From positions 94,302,001 through 94,366,000 of the forward strand of contig OZ024745.1 of NCBI GenBank assembly GCA_964016885.1: DNA of 64,000 nucleotides. Direction: 5' to 3'. This stretch comes from Eledone cirrhosa (lineage: Eukaryota). Positions 23,310 to 38,993 of the stretch are shown here, piece by piece. A program made the position numbers and the translations under genes. Position 1 is the first letter of the stretch; every line of letters starts with the position of its first letter. The notes below the pieces were generated by a model. That model saw only the letters and a list, made by a program, of their open reading frames with translations. It searched no databases and was not told the DNA's origin.

Positions 23310-24763
23310 ATATAAAACTAACCCTTAAGGAACATATGTTCAAATTCAATGGAAAAACATGTACCCAAGAGGAGGGAGCAGCCATTGGCGTTAGCATTGC
23401 AGGTGACATAGCTAAACTATTTATGGTATTGTGGGACAACAAACTTAAAGAAGTATTAGAAGACAATAACGTCTTAACCCTGATAATGTACTCCCGTTAC
23501 GTTGATTATATAAACATCGTAGTAAAAAAAAAACCCACTAGAGAACAGTCGGGAATTAGAGAAAAACACCATGGAAAGCATCCAGCAAATAGCTAACTCC
23601 ATCCACCAGAGTATCAAAGTTACTATAGACTACCCAAGCAAACACCCCAACCATCGATTACCTGTACTAGACACAGATCTCTGGTTAGAAACCATTAATA
23701 ATAAAAAAACAAATCCTCCATTCCCATTATGCCAAACCCATGACTTCCAAATACCTGATCCACCGAAATTCAGCTGTTTCGGATCACACCAAAATCAACA
23801 TACTGATTGCGGATTTAGTAAGGGTGATGAGGAACGTGTCCCGCATGTGCAACTCCAAAGAACTAGAGAGACACATACAACACTTCATCCACCGTATGCA
23901 ATTCTCCTGTTACAACCAGAGAGATAAAATCAGAGTATATAGAGGAGCCAAAATCAAATGGGGAGAAAATAGTAAATAATGATACAAATGGGACCTGCCT
24001 CTTGTATAGGAGCAAATTTTGGAATAGAATAGAAAGAACTAGAAATAAGATTAATAAAATAAACTCATGGTATGATAGCAATAAATACCAGAGTGTAATG
24101 TTCATCAATACAACCCCTAGAGGTGAACTAGCTTACAAATTTAGAAGGGCTCTAGATAAACTTAAACTAAATATTAAGATAGTGGAAAGACCAGGTACCT
24201 TCATAAAACACTTAGTAATACACACCCTTTTCAAAGACCTCCCTGTATAGATAGGAAATGCATAATCTGTAAACTAAGCATCCATATTAACTGTAAAACT
24301 AGAAACATAGTATATAGCATAAGATGTACTGAGGGACATTGTAAAGATAAGAATATAATGTACATAGGTGAGACAGCTCGTAGCATAGGAGAACGATTAA
24401 ATGAACACTGGCGAGAACTCCAAGATAGAAAAGACTCAACAGTACTCCACCAACATGCTAAAATAGAACATAAGGGCAAATTAGAGAACATAGAAATAAA
24501 AATAGAATCTACACACAGAAAAGACGCAATGTTTAGACAAATCACAAAGGCAATAAACATAAATGAACTCCAACCAAAATTAAATAGAAAACATGAATGG
24601 AATAGCAACATCACAACTCACAATTAAGGACAAAATGAAAACACACACATAGAACAAACAACTAACTAGTAACATATAAATAAACAAATAAATAAACACA
24701 CACAGACACCCGGATGTAACACATGCACAAACTAAGCACACAACACACACAAAAACAAGATGG
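23310..24763 (+). pseudogene. Divergent-clade PLE remnant (RT + GIY-YIG), frameshifted, runs into the gap
   Basis: FKFNG…QEEGAAIG…YSRYVD, LPVLD, NIVYSIRC…MYIGETARSIGERLNEH…LNRKHEW. Confidence 0.88.
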
Positions 24764-24963
24764 NNNNNNNNNNNNNNNNNNNNNNNNNNNNNNNNNNNNN
24801 NNNNNNNNNNNNNNNNNNNNNNNNNNNNNNNNNNNNNNNNNNNNNNNNNNNNNNNNNNNNNNNNNNNNNNNNNNNNNNNNNNNNNNNNNNNNNNNNNNNN
24901 NNNNNNNNNNNNNNNNNNNNNNNNNNNNNNNNNNNNNNNNNNNNNNNNNNNNNNNNNNNNNNN
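24764..24963. other. Assembly gap (200 N)
   Basis: Run of n. Confidence 1.
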
Positions 24964-25137
24964 GTATAATATATGTCACGCCACTGTACATCAATATATA
25001 TATATGTATCTGTATGTCTCTTGCGTTGGAAAGGAGGTCAATTATGTGTACAAACATTGAAAAAATGCTCCGAAGATACCAAGCCTAGGTTTGGATGAAA
25101 CAATTGTAAGTGTATAAATGCTTTGAACATAACTTTG

Positions 25138-25890
<753 letters not shown>

Positions 25891-26259
25891 ATTTCACGCT
25901 TCTTGTTGATAAACTATTATGTTTATGTATGGATATATATCGCAATCATGGGTTGGAGCAGCTTGAGGTATGATTTGTTGTAAATGGCTGTTTAAACTTT
26001 TCATCAAAGTATTCCTAAAATTTAGTTATTTTATGAATAAATCATCAGAAAATAATATAACATTTTGATCGTTTCTTTGGTACTTAAAAGGAAATCCATC
26101 AACTGCTAGAGGAATTCATTGTTTATTTAAATATCCTATTTCTTCATTTGATTGTCTTTTAACATTGAATACTGAAATATTGATTAGAAATCAGTACGTC
26201 GGGAAATTCCATGAAATTGTTCTTTTGAAAAATAAACATACTCATCAGAGCTGTTCTAC

Positions 26260-26805
26260 TAGAGAACGGATCGCAGGTGGTGGATAGAATATGGCCACAA
26301 GATATGGTGGTTAGTTACGATAGAAGTAGGCCCCTGCCAAAACCAATAAGCAACTAGGGGAAATAGAGCAATTGGTGACATTGTTGGCTCTCAGAAAAAC
26401 TCTCACAACCTATGTAGTTAGGACGAGGCATGTAAAGGCTTGACTCTAAAAAAGCTTACTCTTCGCGAGTCTCAGAAAATCACCAAATTGATAACTGGCC
26501 TGAATAAGAGCATGAAAAACCTGCAGTGTGTTGAGAGTGAATGAAAGCAATAACACCTTTTGCGCAGGTTAACAAGGGACGAGTTCGGGTCTTAGGTAAA
26601 GAAAGACTGGCGATGGGACAGCGAATTGTCCTGGGAGCCCTAGGATGGCCAATAAAAGGTTGCGTATCCCCTAACTCCAAATTTGGTTATGAAGGGAGCA
26701 AACGTTAACAAATGCTACCTGGAATGTCACAACCCTTACAGCTAAGGAGCAGCACCTAGTAGAGAAGGTAGGATATTACCGGCTAGATATAGCCGACGTT
26801 TTTTT
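26260..26805 (+). mobile_element. Decayed RTE-like LINE 5' region with APE N-terminus
   Basis: ~26715-26800 translates ATWNVTTLTAKEQHLVEKVGYYRLDIA (WNV motif of APE endonucleases). Confidence 0.6.
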
Positions 26806-26889
26806 CAACAAAGGATGCTGAGGATGAGGATATTTACATATATAATGCACACACACACACACACACCACACACACACACATATATAAAG

Positions 26890-27000
26890 AAGTGCATGAC
26901 TTAGCGGTTAGGGTGTTCAGCTCATGATCTTCGTGAGTTCGAGTCCTGGCGGTGGGTTGTGCCCTTCAGCAAGGACACTTTATTTCACGCTGCTCTGCAA
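26890..27000 (+). mobile_element. Second tRNA-derived SINE family, partial
   Basis: TGACTTAGCGG (A-box-like), GAGTTCGAGTCC (B box), then gtgcccttcagcaaggacactttatttcac. Confidence 0.6.
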
Positions 27001-27196
27001 GCAAAAATGAGATTCAACTGGTCAGTCAGTTTCCTGTATACGAGTGATAAATGGCCGGCTTTTGCCAAATTCAAATAAAAAAGTAAATTTCGCTCTACAT
27101 GGCTGAATACAATTAAATGCAATCTGAGTTTTTTCGAATATTAATAATAACATTCGATTCGTTTGAAATTATGCAAACAAGCCTCAATTTTATAGC

Positions 27197-27261
<65 letters not shown>

Positions 27262-28557
27262 AGACAGTTCATTTTAGATTTGTTTTTTATGTTGTTATAT
27301 TAAACGAAGCTACGAATAATAAGTGAAAGAATTGAATATATCGTTTGTGAAACAGACAGATTAAGTGGGTTTAATTTGAATCGAAGCAAATTTGAATATA
27401 AACATCGTCCTCTACAAAACGATACAGCATGAGCGGGATGAGGATATCGACAAAGGTGTCAAATGAAATAAAGAGTGAGAGAAAAATGTTCTGCTGCTAT
27501 GAATTCAGGAATAAACAATCTTTTCGAATTTGATTGCATGATGTAATTTATTCAAGGTGAAGTAATTATTGGCTTGAATGAGAAAAGAATTGAAAACATT
27601 TGTGAGAACGTGCGGTAATTGTAATTGGAAAGATTATATCAACGATAGTTTCAAGTGCTAAATAATAGCACGAATGGCTTTCTGGTAGACGGTCACTTTT
27701 GAATCAATACTAGTATTTGAATTAAGTGATTATAAGATACCAATCTGCATGCTTACATATTTAAATAATCGCAATGAATACTGAATAGTTTATAACGTTG
27801 AGAGAATTTTAACTGAAGAATTTTACGGTTTTAATTTGAATAATGTAAAAACAGCAAAAAATATTTAGAGAATATATGTGTATACTGTCGTCTTCAACTG
27901 GTTGCTTGCTTGTCAATGACACCACCCTCTTACAGCCATTTTGTTTTTCATAGATGGGATCTAGTGGATTTAAATATCCTCAGCAATTTACTGGCCTCTT
28001 ATTATTTTATAAAAAAATATAAGCAAGTCGATTTCGACTGGATTTGAATGTAGTAGGTAGAGGAATGTTGATAAATGTTGTCTTTATCTCTATCAACGGC
28101 GAAGACAACAAGAACAACAACAACAACATAACACCACCACCCCAATAACAACACTCTCTCTTATAAATAATGATAGCAGCTATATCTATCGGTCTGTTAT
28201 AAACAACGCTGAGATTGTACATAGATCGTTCTATATTGTTTTTGTTCGTTGCCGCAAGATGTCAGCATTTGTAAATTACTTGACTGGTTAACAATGCACT
28301 TCTACATTATAATTGTTGTAGTTTCAGTAAATGTCCCCAGATCAAGTCACTTGTCAAACAACCAGCCAAATTACATTTTAAAGAAATAGCCATCTGAGCC
28401 ACTTTTTTTCCTATAAAAGAGAAATTATTTTCGAACTCCAACTAGATGCGAGACAAACCACATCGCAATTATACTCTTGAAAAATCATAAGAACTGAAAC
28501 CGGTAAAATAAATAAATATTCTTAAAGACTCCAGTTGCATTTTCAATTTCTTTTCCT

Positions 28558-28590
<33 letters not shown>

Positions 28591-28593
28591 CAA

Positions 28594-30097
28594 CTATACA
28601 CCATGGGCCCAACACCACCACATTGGCAAGGGGGGACGCGTACGCATAACCATGGGAGGAAACGCAATACGAGTAGAAGTCTCAGAGGTGATACTCAACA
28701 CCCCGGGCCCGACGCCCCCAACCGCAAGACACGAAGAGAGAGGGACTGATGGAGGACCATCCCATTGTAGAGCTCTCAACGTGGGCAACAACCACCCCAC
28801 GGATAAGAGCCGGGAAGTTAGCAAAAACACATAGCGCCAAAGCTGCAATGCAGGAACTTCTAGCAACCCAACAACTCCCCAACAGCCCACGGCACGCTCA
28901 ACCCACCCACATAGGGGTAGACGCAGAAAAATCACGTGGTACAACCTACCCTACTCAGCAGCCCTAAAGAACAGCTTGGCCCGCTCATTCTTTAGAGCAC
29001 TAGATAAATGCTTCCGCAAGATCTTCAACAGACACACTGTGAAGCTCTCGTATTCTACCACACGAAATATGGCCCAGCACATAGCTAGCATCAATAAGTG
29101 TAGACTTAAAAACCACACACAACCAGAAGCTGGCAATATAAGCACCCAGCAGAACCATGTGGAAGGAAAGAGGGTGGACCCAGTGCCCACCCTGGAAACC
29201 CAAACAGACCTAGGGATCCCCACCGGGCCCGGGGGGAGGACCACCATATAATACGCAACGGGAACCCCACACTAGGCACGCGGAGGTCGACCACCTCCTG
29301 CAACTGCAGAAACCCCGAATTATACCCCCTTAGTAATGAATGCCTTAGGAAGAACTTAATATACGGATGTAGAGTAAAAAAAACCCAACTCTGAACACCT
29401 TTACATAGGAGCCACATCAACGCGCTTTAAAGACCGATGGTATAACCATCGCCATTCCTTTAATAGGGAGGACAAAAGGAAAAGTACGGCTGTTTCCGAA
29501 CTGATCTGGAAGCTCAAGCTGGACAGTACCCCGTACTCTCTGGTCTGGTCCAAAATCAGGAAAGTACCACCTGATAAAGGGGAATCTGGCATCTGCAAAC
29601 TATGTCTGAGCGAGACCCTCGAGATACTCAGCGGTGGAAGCAGCCTGATAAACCTCAGGACTGACTTCTTCGGGACCTTTCTCAAGCTATATGGACAGTA
29701 ACAACACATTGGGATGGGAACTTCCCTCAAGCTATAGGGACTTCTCCGGGACGTGTAGACACCTCAAGGCCGGGACCTTCCTCAAGCTACATGGACAATA
29801 ACAACACATTAGGATGGGACCCCCCCTCCCCTCAAGCTATAGGGACTTATCCGGGACATGTAGATACCTCAGGGCCGGGACCTTCCTCAAGCTATATGGA
29901 CAATAACAATACATTGGGGTGGGAACTTCCCTCTAGCTATAAAAAGAGCAGCCCCACCACACCGAGCGCACGGTAAACCACCCCCTGCACAATCACCACC
30001 CCTATCCCTGCCTCGATCGACTCCTGTGACAACACGTACTTATGCATATGTCCATACATAAAATCTGTTATATAAAATTGTACATGCACAGATACTT

Positions 30098-30149
<52 letters not shown>

Positions 30150-30151
30150 AT

Positions 30152-30188
<37 letters not shown>

Positions 30189-31209
30189 CATGTGTGTGTG
30201 TGCGTGTGTGTGTGTGTGTGTGTGTGCATAGGGGATGCACCAGGGCCTGTGCTTGTGCGTGTGTGCTTGGAACGATGTGAGTTGATACACACACATATGT
30301 ACTCTATGCCGAAATAGGAACTGTAGTCCTCTGAATCCCCGGTTTTAACACTCGGGTTCTGGTGTTTTACACTCCACCCTTGTCTCATTTGCTCTTAAAA
30401 CGCACCACACCATGATAGTGTAAAGATTATGATCCTTTGCACTTCCCGATCCTGACACACAGCCTTTCTACTTCAGTCAATATTTTCCAAATCTTTCAAA
30501 CTTTGAGATTGGTTATAACACACACGCATTTTATTTTATTCTTTTATTGTTTTATTATCTTATTCTTTTTATTATTTTATTATTTTTTTTATTTATTTTA
30601 AACACTTTTTTATCCTTTTATTTTCTTCATTTTATTGCCTCTAATTCTTTTATTTCTCCATTTTACATTATCTTATTTCTTTTATCTGTTTGCCCCCCAC
30701 CGACCACCACGGCAAATGGAGGCGGGGGGGGGGATGATGGATGCCAACCCAGACACACACATTCTTCTAAACATAGCAGCAGCAGAACTAAAGGTGACAT
30801 GCCTACTGATGCCCTGACCCCCTAACACCAATACAAAAGAGGAGCTCAGCTGTACTTAACAAAAACAACCACAACAGATTACCTTGCCTCAGAAAAATTT
30901 CTATAGACTTTTGACTGAGAAATGTTCTCAGAACTGACCAATGGGAGGAGAGAGTTCCTTTGATGCCGAAATTCGTTTGTTCGAATTCATATGATTCCAG
31001 TTCCTCAGAGAAATAACAACCCAACCAGGAACTGGGCATATCGGAGTATTGACGGAGTTAAACACCTCAACAACATATGTACCTGTCTCTACCAAACCAA
31101 TTCGGACTGCCTGAAGAGGTCACAGCCAAGGATGGCTGTCACCGAAATATATATAGCAGTACACCTTTAATAAACGAAGCCAAATTTTAAATATTTGACT
31201 TAATTATTT

Positions 31210-31210
<1 letters not shown>
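28594..31210 (+). mobile_element. 5'-truncated PLE (thumb + GIY-YIG, long 3' UTR with ~90-bp repeats)
   Basis: RRKITWYNLPYS…IFNRHTVKLSYS, SCNCRNP, YIGATSTRFKDRWYNH, CKLCLSE. Confidence 0.88.
31106..31160 (+). ncRNA. Type I hammerhead ribozyme
   Basis: actgc-CTGAAGA-ggtcacagcc…ggctgtcacc-GAAA-tatata-TA-gcagt; AATAAA 8 nt downstream. Confidence 0.85.
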
Positions 31211-31251
<41 letters not shown>

Positions 31252-31543
31252 GTATATATATATATGTATATATATGTATATATGTATATATATGTATATA
31301 TATATATATATGTATATATATGTATATATGTATATATATGTATATATATATATGTATATATATGTATATATATATATATGTATATATATATATGTATATA
31401 TATATGTATATATGTATATATATGTATATATATATATATGTATATATATGTATATATATATATATATGTATATATATGTATATATATGTATATATATATA
31501 TATATGTATATATATGTATATATATGTATATATATATATATGT

Positions 31544-31601
<58 letters not shown>

Positions 31602-31636
31602 ATATGTATATATATATATGTATATATGTATATATG

Positions 31637-31743
<107 letters not shown>

Positions 31744-31886
31744 GTATATATATATATATGTATATATATATATGTATATATATATATATGTATATATATA
31801 TATGTATATATATATATATGTATATATATGTATATATATATATATGTATATATATATATGTATATATATATATATGTATATATATG

Positions 31887-31933
<47 letters not shown>

Positions 31934-31996
31934 GTATATATATGTATATATATGTATATATATATCTATATATATGTATATATATGTATATATATG

Positions 31997-32129
<133 letters not shown>

Positions 32130-32138
32130 GTATATATG

Positions 32139-32169
<31 letters not shown>

Positions 32170-32228
32170 GTATATATATATATGTATATATATATATGTA
32201 TATATATATATATGTATATATATATATG

Positions 32229-32259
<31 letters not shown>

Positions 32260-32346
32260 GTATATATATATATGTATATATATATATGTATATATATATA
32301 TATGTATATATATATATGTATATATATATATGTATATATATATATG

Positions 32347-32377
<31 letters not shown>

Positions 32378-32390
32378 GTATATATATATG

Positions 32391-32421
<31 letters not shown>

Positions 32422-32446
32422 GTATATATATATATGTATGTATATA

Positions 32447-32478
<32 letters not shown>

Positions 32479-32479
32479 C

Positions 32480-32518
<39 letters not shown>

Positions 32519-32529
32519 CATATATATAC

Positions 32530-32578
<49 letters not shown>

Positions 32579-33023
32579 TATACATATATATATATATACA
32601 TATATATATAATAACAACACTCTCTCTTATAAATAATGATAGCAGCTATATCTATCGGTCTGTTATAAACAACGCTGAGATTGTACATAGATCGTTCTAT
32701 ATTGTTTTTGTTCGTTGCCGCAAGATGTCAGCATTTGTAAATTACTTGACTGGTTAACAATGCACTTCTACATTATAATTGTTGTAGTTTCAGTAAATGT
32801 CCCCAGATCAAGTCACTTGTCAAACAACCAGCCAAATTACATTTTAAAGAAATAGCCATCTGAGCCACTTTTTTTCCTATAAAAGAGAAATTATTTTCGA
32901 ACTCCAACTAGATGCGAGACAAACCACATCGCAATTATACTCTTGAAAAATCATAAGAACTGAAACCGGTAAAATAAATAAATATTCTTAAAGACTCCAG
33001 TTGCATTTTCAATTTCTTTTCCT

Positions 33024-33070
<47 letters not shown>

Positions 33071-33071
33071 A

Positions 33072-34569
33072 CTATACACCATGGGCCCAACACCACCACA
33101 TTGGCAAGGGGGACGCGTACGCATAACCATGGGAGGAAACGCAATACGAGTAGAAGTCTCAGAGGTGATACTCAACACCCCGGGCCCGACGCCCCCAACC
33201 GCAAGACACGAAGAGGGACTGATGGAGGACCATCCCATTGTAGAGCTCTCAACGTGGGCAACAACCACCCCACGGATAAGAGCCGGGAAGTTAGCAAAAC
33301 ACATAGCGCCCAAAGCTGCAATGCGGGAACTTCTAGCAACCCAACAACTCCCCAACAGCCCACGGCACGCTCAACCCACCCACATAGGGGTAGACGCAGA
33401 AAAATCACGTGGTACAACCTACCCTACTCAGCAGCCCTAAAGAACAGCTTGGCCCGCTCATTCTTTAGAGCACTAGATAAATGCTTCCGCAAGATCTTCA
33501 ACAGACACACTGTGAAGCTCTCGTATTCTACCACACGAAATATGGCCCAGCACATAGCTAGCATCAATAAGTGTAGATTTAAAAACCACACACAACCAGA
33601 AGCTGGCAATATAAGCACCCAGCAGAACCATGTGGAAGGAAAGAAGGGTGGACCCAGTGCCCACCCTGGAAACCCAAACAGACCTAGGGATCCCCACCGG
33701 GCCCGGGGGAGGACCACCATATAATACGCAACGGGAACCCCACACTAGGCACGCGGAGGTCGACCACCTCCTGCAACTGCAGAAACCCCGAATTATACCC
33801 CCTTAGTAATGAATGCCTTAGGAAGAACTTAATATACGGATGTAGAGTAAAAAAACCCAACTCTGAACACCTTTACATAGGAGCCACATCAACGCGCTTT
33901 AAAGACCGATGGTATAACCATCGCCATTCCTTTAATAGGGAGGACAAAAGGAAAAGTACGGCTGTTTCCGAACTGATCTGGAAGCTCAAGCTGGACAGTA
34001 CCCCGTACTCTCTGGTCTGGTCCAAAATCAGGAAAGTACCACCTGATAAAGGGGAATCTGGCATCTGCAAACTATGTCTGAGCGAGACCCTCGAGATACT
34101 CAGCGGTGGAAGCAGCCTGATAAACCTCAGGACTGACTTCTTCGGGACCTTTCTCAAGCTATATGGACAGTAACAACACATTGGGATGGGAACTTCCCTC
34201 AAGCTATAGGGACTTCTCCGGGACGTGTAGACACCTCAAGGCCGGGACCTTCCTCAAGCTACATGGACAATAACAACACATTAGGATGGGACCCCCCCTC
34301 CCCTCAAGCTATAGGGACTTATCCGGGACATGTAGATACCTCAGGGCCGGGACCTTCCTCAAGCTATATGGACAATAACAATACATTGGGGTGGGAACTT
34401 CCCTCTAGCTATAAAAAGAGCAGCCCCACCACACCGAGCGCACGGTAAACCACCCCCTGCACAATCACCACCCCTATCCCTGCCTCGATCGACTCCTGTG
34501 ACAACACGTACTTATGCATATGTCCATACATAAAATCTGTTATATAAGATTGTACATGCACAGATACTT

Positions 34570-34623
<54 letters not shown>

Positions 34624-35635
34624 TGTGCGTGTGCGTGTGTGTGTGTGTGCATAGGGGATGCACCAGGGCCTGTGCTTGTGCGTGTGTGCTTGGAACGATG
34701 TGAGTTGATACACACACATATGTACTCTATGCCGAAATAGGAACTGTAGTCCTCTGAATCCCCGGTTTTTAACACTCGGGTTCTGGTGTTTTACACTCCA
34801 CCCTTGTCTCATTTGCTCTTAAAACGCACCACACCATGATAGTGTAAAGATTATGATCCTTTGCACTTCCCGATCCTGACACACAGCCTTTCTACTTCAG
34901 TCAATATTTTCCAAATCTTTCAAACTTTGAGATTGGTTATAACACACACGCATTTTATTTTATTCTTTTATTGTTTTATTATCTTATTCTTTTTATTATT
35001 TTATTATTTTTTTTATTTATTTTAAACACTTTTTTATCCTTTTATTTTCTTCATTTTATTGCCTCTAATTCTTTTATTTCTCCATTTTACATTATCTTAT
35101 TTCTTTTATCTGTTTGCCCCCCACCGACCACCACGGCAAATGGAGGCGGGGGGGGGGATTATGGATGCCAACCCAGACACACACATTCTTCTAAACATAG
35201 CAGCAGCAGAACTAAAGGTGACATGCCTACTGATGCCCTGACCCCCTAACACCAATACAAAAGAGGAGCTCAGCTGTACTTAACAAAAACAACCACAACA
35301 GATTACCTTGCCTCAGAAAAATTTCTATAGACTTTTGACTGAGAAATGTTCTCACAACTGACCAATGGGAGGAGAGAGTTCCTTTGATGCCGAAATTCGT
35401 TTGTTCGAATTCATATGATTCCAGTTCCTCAGAGAAATAACAACCCAACCAGGAACTGGGCATATCGGAGTATTGACGGAGTTAAACACCTCAACAACAT
35501 ATGTACCTGTCTCTACCAAACCAATTCGGACTGCCTGAAGAGGTCACAGCCAAGGATGGCTGTCACCGAAATATATATAGCAGTACACCTTTAATAAACG
35601 AAGCCAAATTTTAAATATTTGACTTAATTATTTTA
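33072..35635 (+). mobile_element. Duplicate of the PLE at 28594-31210, HHR at 35530-35584
   Basis: Sequence near-identical to the first copy. Confidence 0.88.
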
Positions 35636-35638
35636 TTT

Positions 35639-35671
<33 letters not shown>

Positions 35672-35784
35672 GTATATATATATATGTATATATATGTATA
35701 TATGTATATATATGTATATATATATATATATGTATATATATGTATATATGTATATATATGTATATATATATATGTATATATATG

Positions 35785-35815
<31 letters not shown>

Positions 35816-35965
35816 GTATATATATATGTATATATGTATATATATGTATATATATATATATGTATATATATGTATATATATATATATATGTATATATATG
35901 TATATATATGTATATATATATATATATGTATATATATGTATATATATGTATATATATATATATGT

Positions 35966-36025
<60 letters not shown>

Positions 36026-36060
36026 ATATGTATATATATATATGTATATATGTATATATG

Positions 36061-36229
<169 letters not shown>

Positions 36230-36270
36230 GTATATATATATATGTATATATATATATATGTATATATATG

Positions 36271-36301
<31 letters not shown>

Positions 36302-36340
36302 GTATATATATATATGTATATATATATATGTATATATATG

Positions 36341-36371
<31 letters not shown>

Positions 36372-36392
36372 GTATATATATGTATATATATG

Positions 36393-36423
<31 letters not shown>

Positions 36424-36441
36424 TTATAAAATATATATATG

Positions 36442-36552
<111 letters not shown>

Positions 36553-36553
36553 G

Positions 36554-36586
<33 letters not shown>

Positions 36587-36595
36587 GTATATATG

Positions 36596-36626
<31 letters not shown>

Positions 36627-36697
36627 GTATATATATATATGTATATATATATGTATATATATATTTGTATATATATATATATGTATATATATATATG

Positions 36698-36728
<31 letters not shown>

Positions 36729-36771
36729 GTATATATATATATGTATATATATATATGTATATATATATATG

Positions 36772-36818
<47 letters not shown>

Positions 36819-36819
36819 G

Positions 36820-36882
<63 letters not shown>

Positions 36883-36883
36883 G

Positions 36884-36914
<31 letters not shown>

Positions 36915-36947
36915 GTATATATATATATGTATGTATATATATATATG

Positions 36948-37010
<63 letters not shown>

Positions 37011-37032
37011 GTATATATATATATGTATATAT

Positions 37033-38699
37033 AGGAACCAGTAAGACCCCGACAGCTGAGCTCAAGCCGTTTCGACGGCTAATTCTGGACTAAATGAAAA
37101 TTTATCCTGGTATTTAAATAGCCGATCTTCTCAAGGGGTAATTCCATATATGGTCAAAGTGATTGTCAAAAATCAGTAGTAATTCTGTGGTTGCAAATTA
37201 GTAGGGGAGATGGTGGCTAAACCTGCCAGTAGGAGAAAGAGGGGAGGGGGTGGAGTAGACCCAATCAAGCGTTGGTAGTGCCAGCTACAGCTGGGCATGA
37301 GGTCAAAGAAGATACAGGGGAGGGGGAGGGGGAGGAAGTCGGAACGGTAGGTAGAACAATGGGGGGTAGAAAAATATATATAGGAAAGAAAAAATACTGA
37401 GAGTGAAGAAAAGCAAATAAATGTAAAGAAAAAAGTAAAGTAAATTAAATTCTACGACCTAGGTCTCAGGCTATTGTTAGGCTAGAATAAAATAAAGAAA
37501 GAAAGAAAGAAGTAAAGAAATAAATAAATAAAGAAATAACGAAATAAGTAAAAGAACTAGGTGGGACGGATAGGCAAGGACCCTTTTAAGAGGTATAAGT
37601 ACGTAAATGATACGGTCACGGGTCAACAAAAGGGGCCAAAATACTAAAGAGACTACCACGAAATAAACAATAAAGGTTTCCATCCCGGGCCAGCAACGAC
37701 CCAGTGCAGCAAAGTGAACTAGTACGAGATAATAATTCTGAGTCCCGAGAAAAATATATACTAATGCTAACTCTAAAAGATCTAAAACAAGCTACATGAA
37801 AGTTCGTACGAAATAAAGGTAGAATACGGAGAAATAAATTCAGAATCCACCCCGCCCAGAAGAAAAGCGAGGCAAGAAATACTGAAACGAAAAAATAAGG
37901 CATAAGTGCCACTAAGAAATATAGAGGGCACAGAGAATAGTGGGAGCGGTCGGAAAAAGGGGGCAAGTATCCGGGGTCTAAGCCAACTGCTATAAAGGGC
38001 GGAGTCCGCCAAATCTATCATAGACTAGGGGAGGGGGTGGTGGGGGTACTAAGGCTACATGGGGCCAAAGGGCAGCCTCGGGTGGGCGAGAAAAGACGCC
38101 GACAAAGGAGAAGAGCTGGGGTAGAAGGACTAAGGAGAGAGGGGGGGGAGGAAATAAAGGAAGCGATAAAAGAATACAAAGAAGATCTTACGTCTTCCTT
38201 GGCAAGCAGGGGTTACCCATTGCAAAATCGGCAAGTGGGGTGTTATAGCCCTAGTCTACCCCCCCCGGGTCATTATGGGGTTTGAGGGCGAGGTAAGTCT
38301 TACGCAATCTATGTTTACATGCAGTGACCAGTTCATCTTTCTTGTTTAGGAGTTGGTCCGTCGAAAACAGCATTTGTAAAGTTTCCTCCGAGCATAAATT
38401 GCACGGACGGCGTCCTCCCGTGTAAGAATTGGCTCTGGACAGTAATCTCCAAGTGAGATCATAGGTGATGTTGTTGTCCTTGAGGTCCCATATGTGGCCC
38501 GAAAGTGTAGTGGCGTGACGCCGGGCCGGGTTTCGGAAGGTATGTCTATGTTGGTATAGCCGGGTCTTGAAGTCACATGCGGTAAGTCCTATATAGGCTT
38601 TGTTGGAGGTATCCGTCCTCACGTTGCACTGGTAGATCACATTACGAAGCCTATATAGGACTTGCCGCATGTGACTTCAAGACCCGGCTATACCAACAT
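37033..38699 (-). mobile_element. 5'-truncated PLE family B (GIY-YIG 38251-38648, long 3' UTR) with short 5' inversion
   Basis: NVIYQC…[17 protein letters not shown]…CNLCSEE…CKH; 38649-38699 is the reverse complement of 38548-38596. Confidence 0.9.
37046..37139 (-). ncRNA. Hammerhead ribozyme, U3-A8 core variant
   Basis: acccc-TTGAGAA-gatcggcta…tagccgtc-GAAA-cggct-tgagctc-agctg-TC-ggggt. Confidence 0.75.
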
Positions 38700-38734
38700 G
38701 TGTATATATATGTATATATATATATGTATATGTA

Positions 38735-38791
<57 letters not shown>

Positions 38792-38900
38792 GTATATATA
38801 TATATGTATATATATATATATGTATATATATATGTATATATATATATGTATATATATATATGTATATATATATGTATATATATATATGTATATGTATATA

Positions 38901-38993
<93 letters not shown>

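Noticed and set aside
27300-28140. Apparently unique AT-rich DNA as possible host exons
   Set aside because: No recognisable protein motif or convincing splice-bounded ORF
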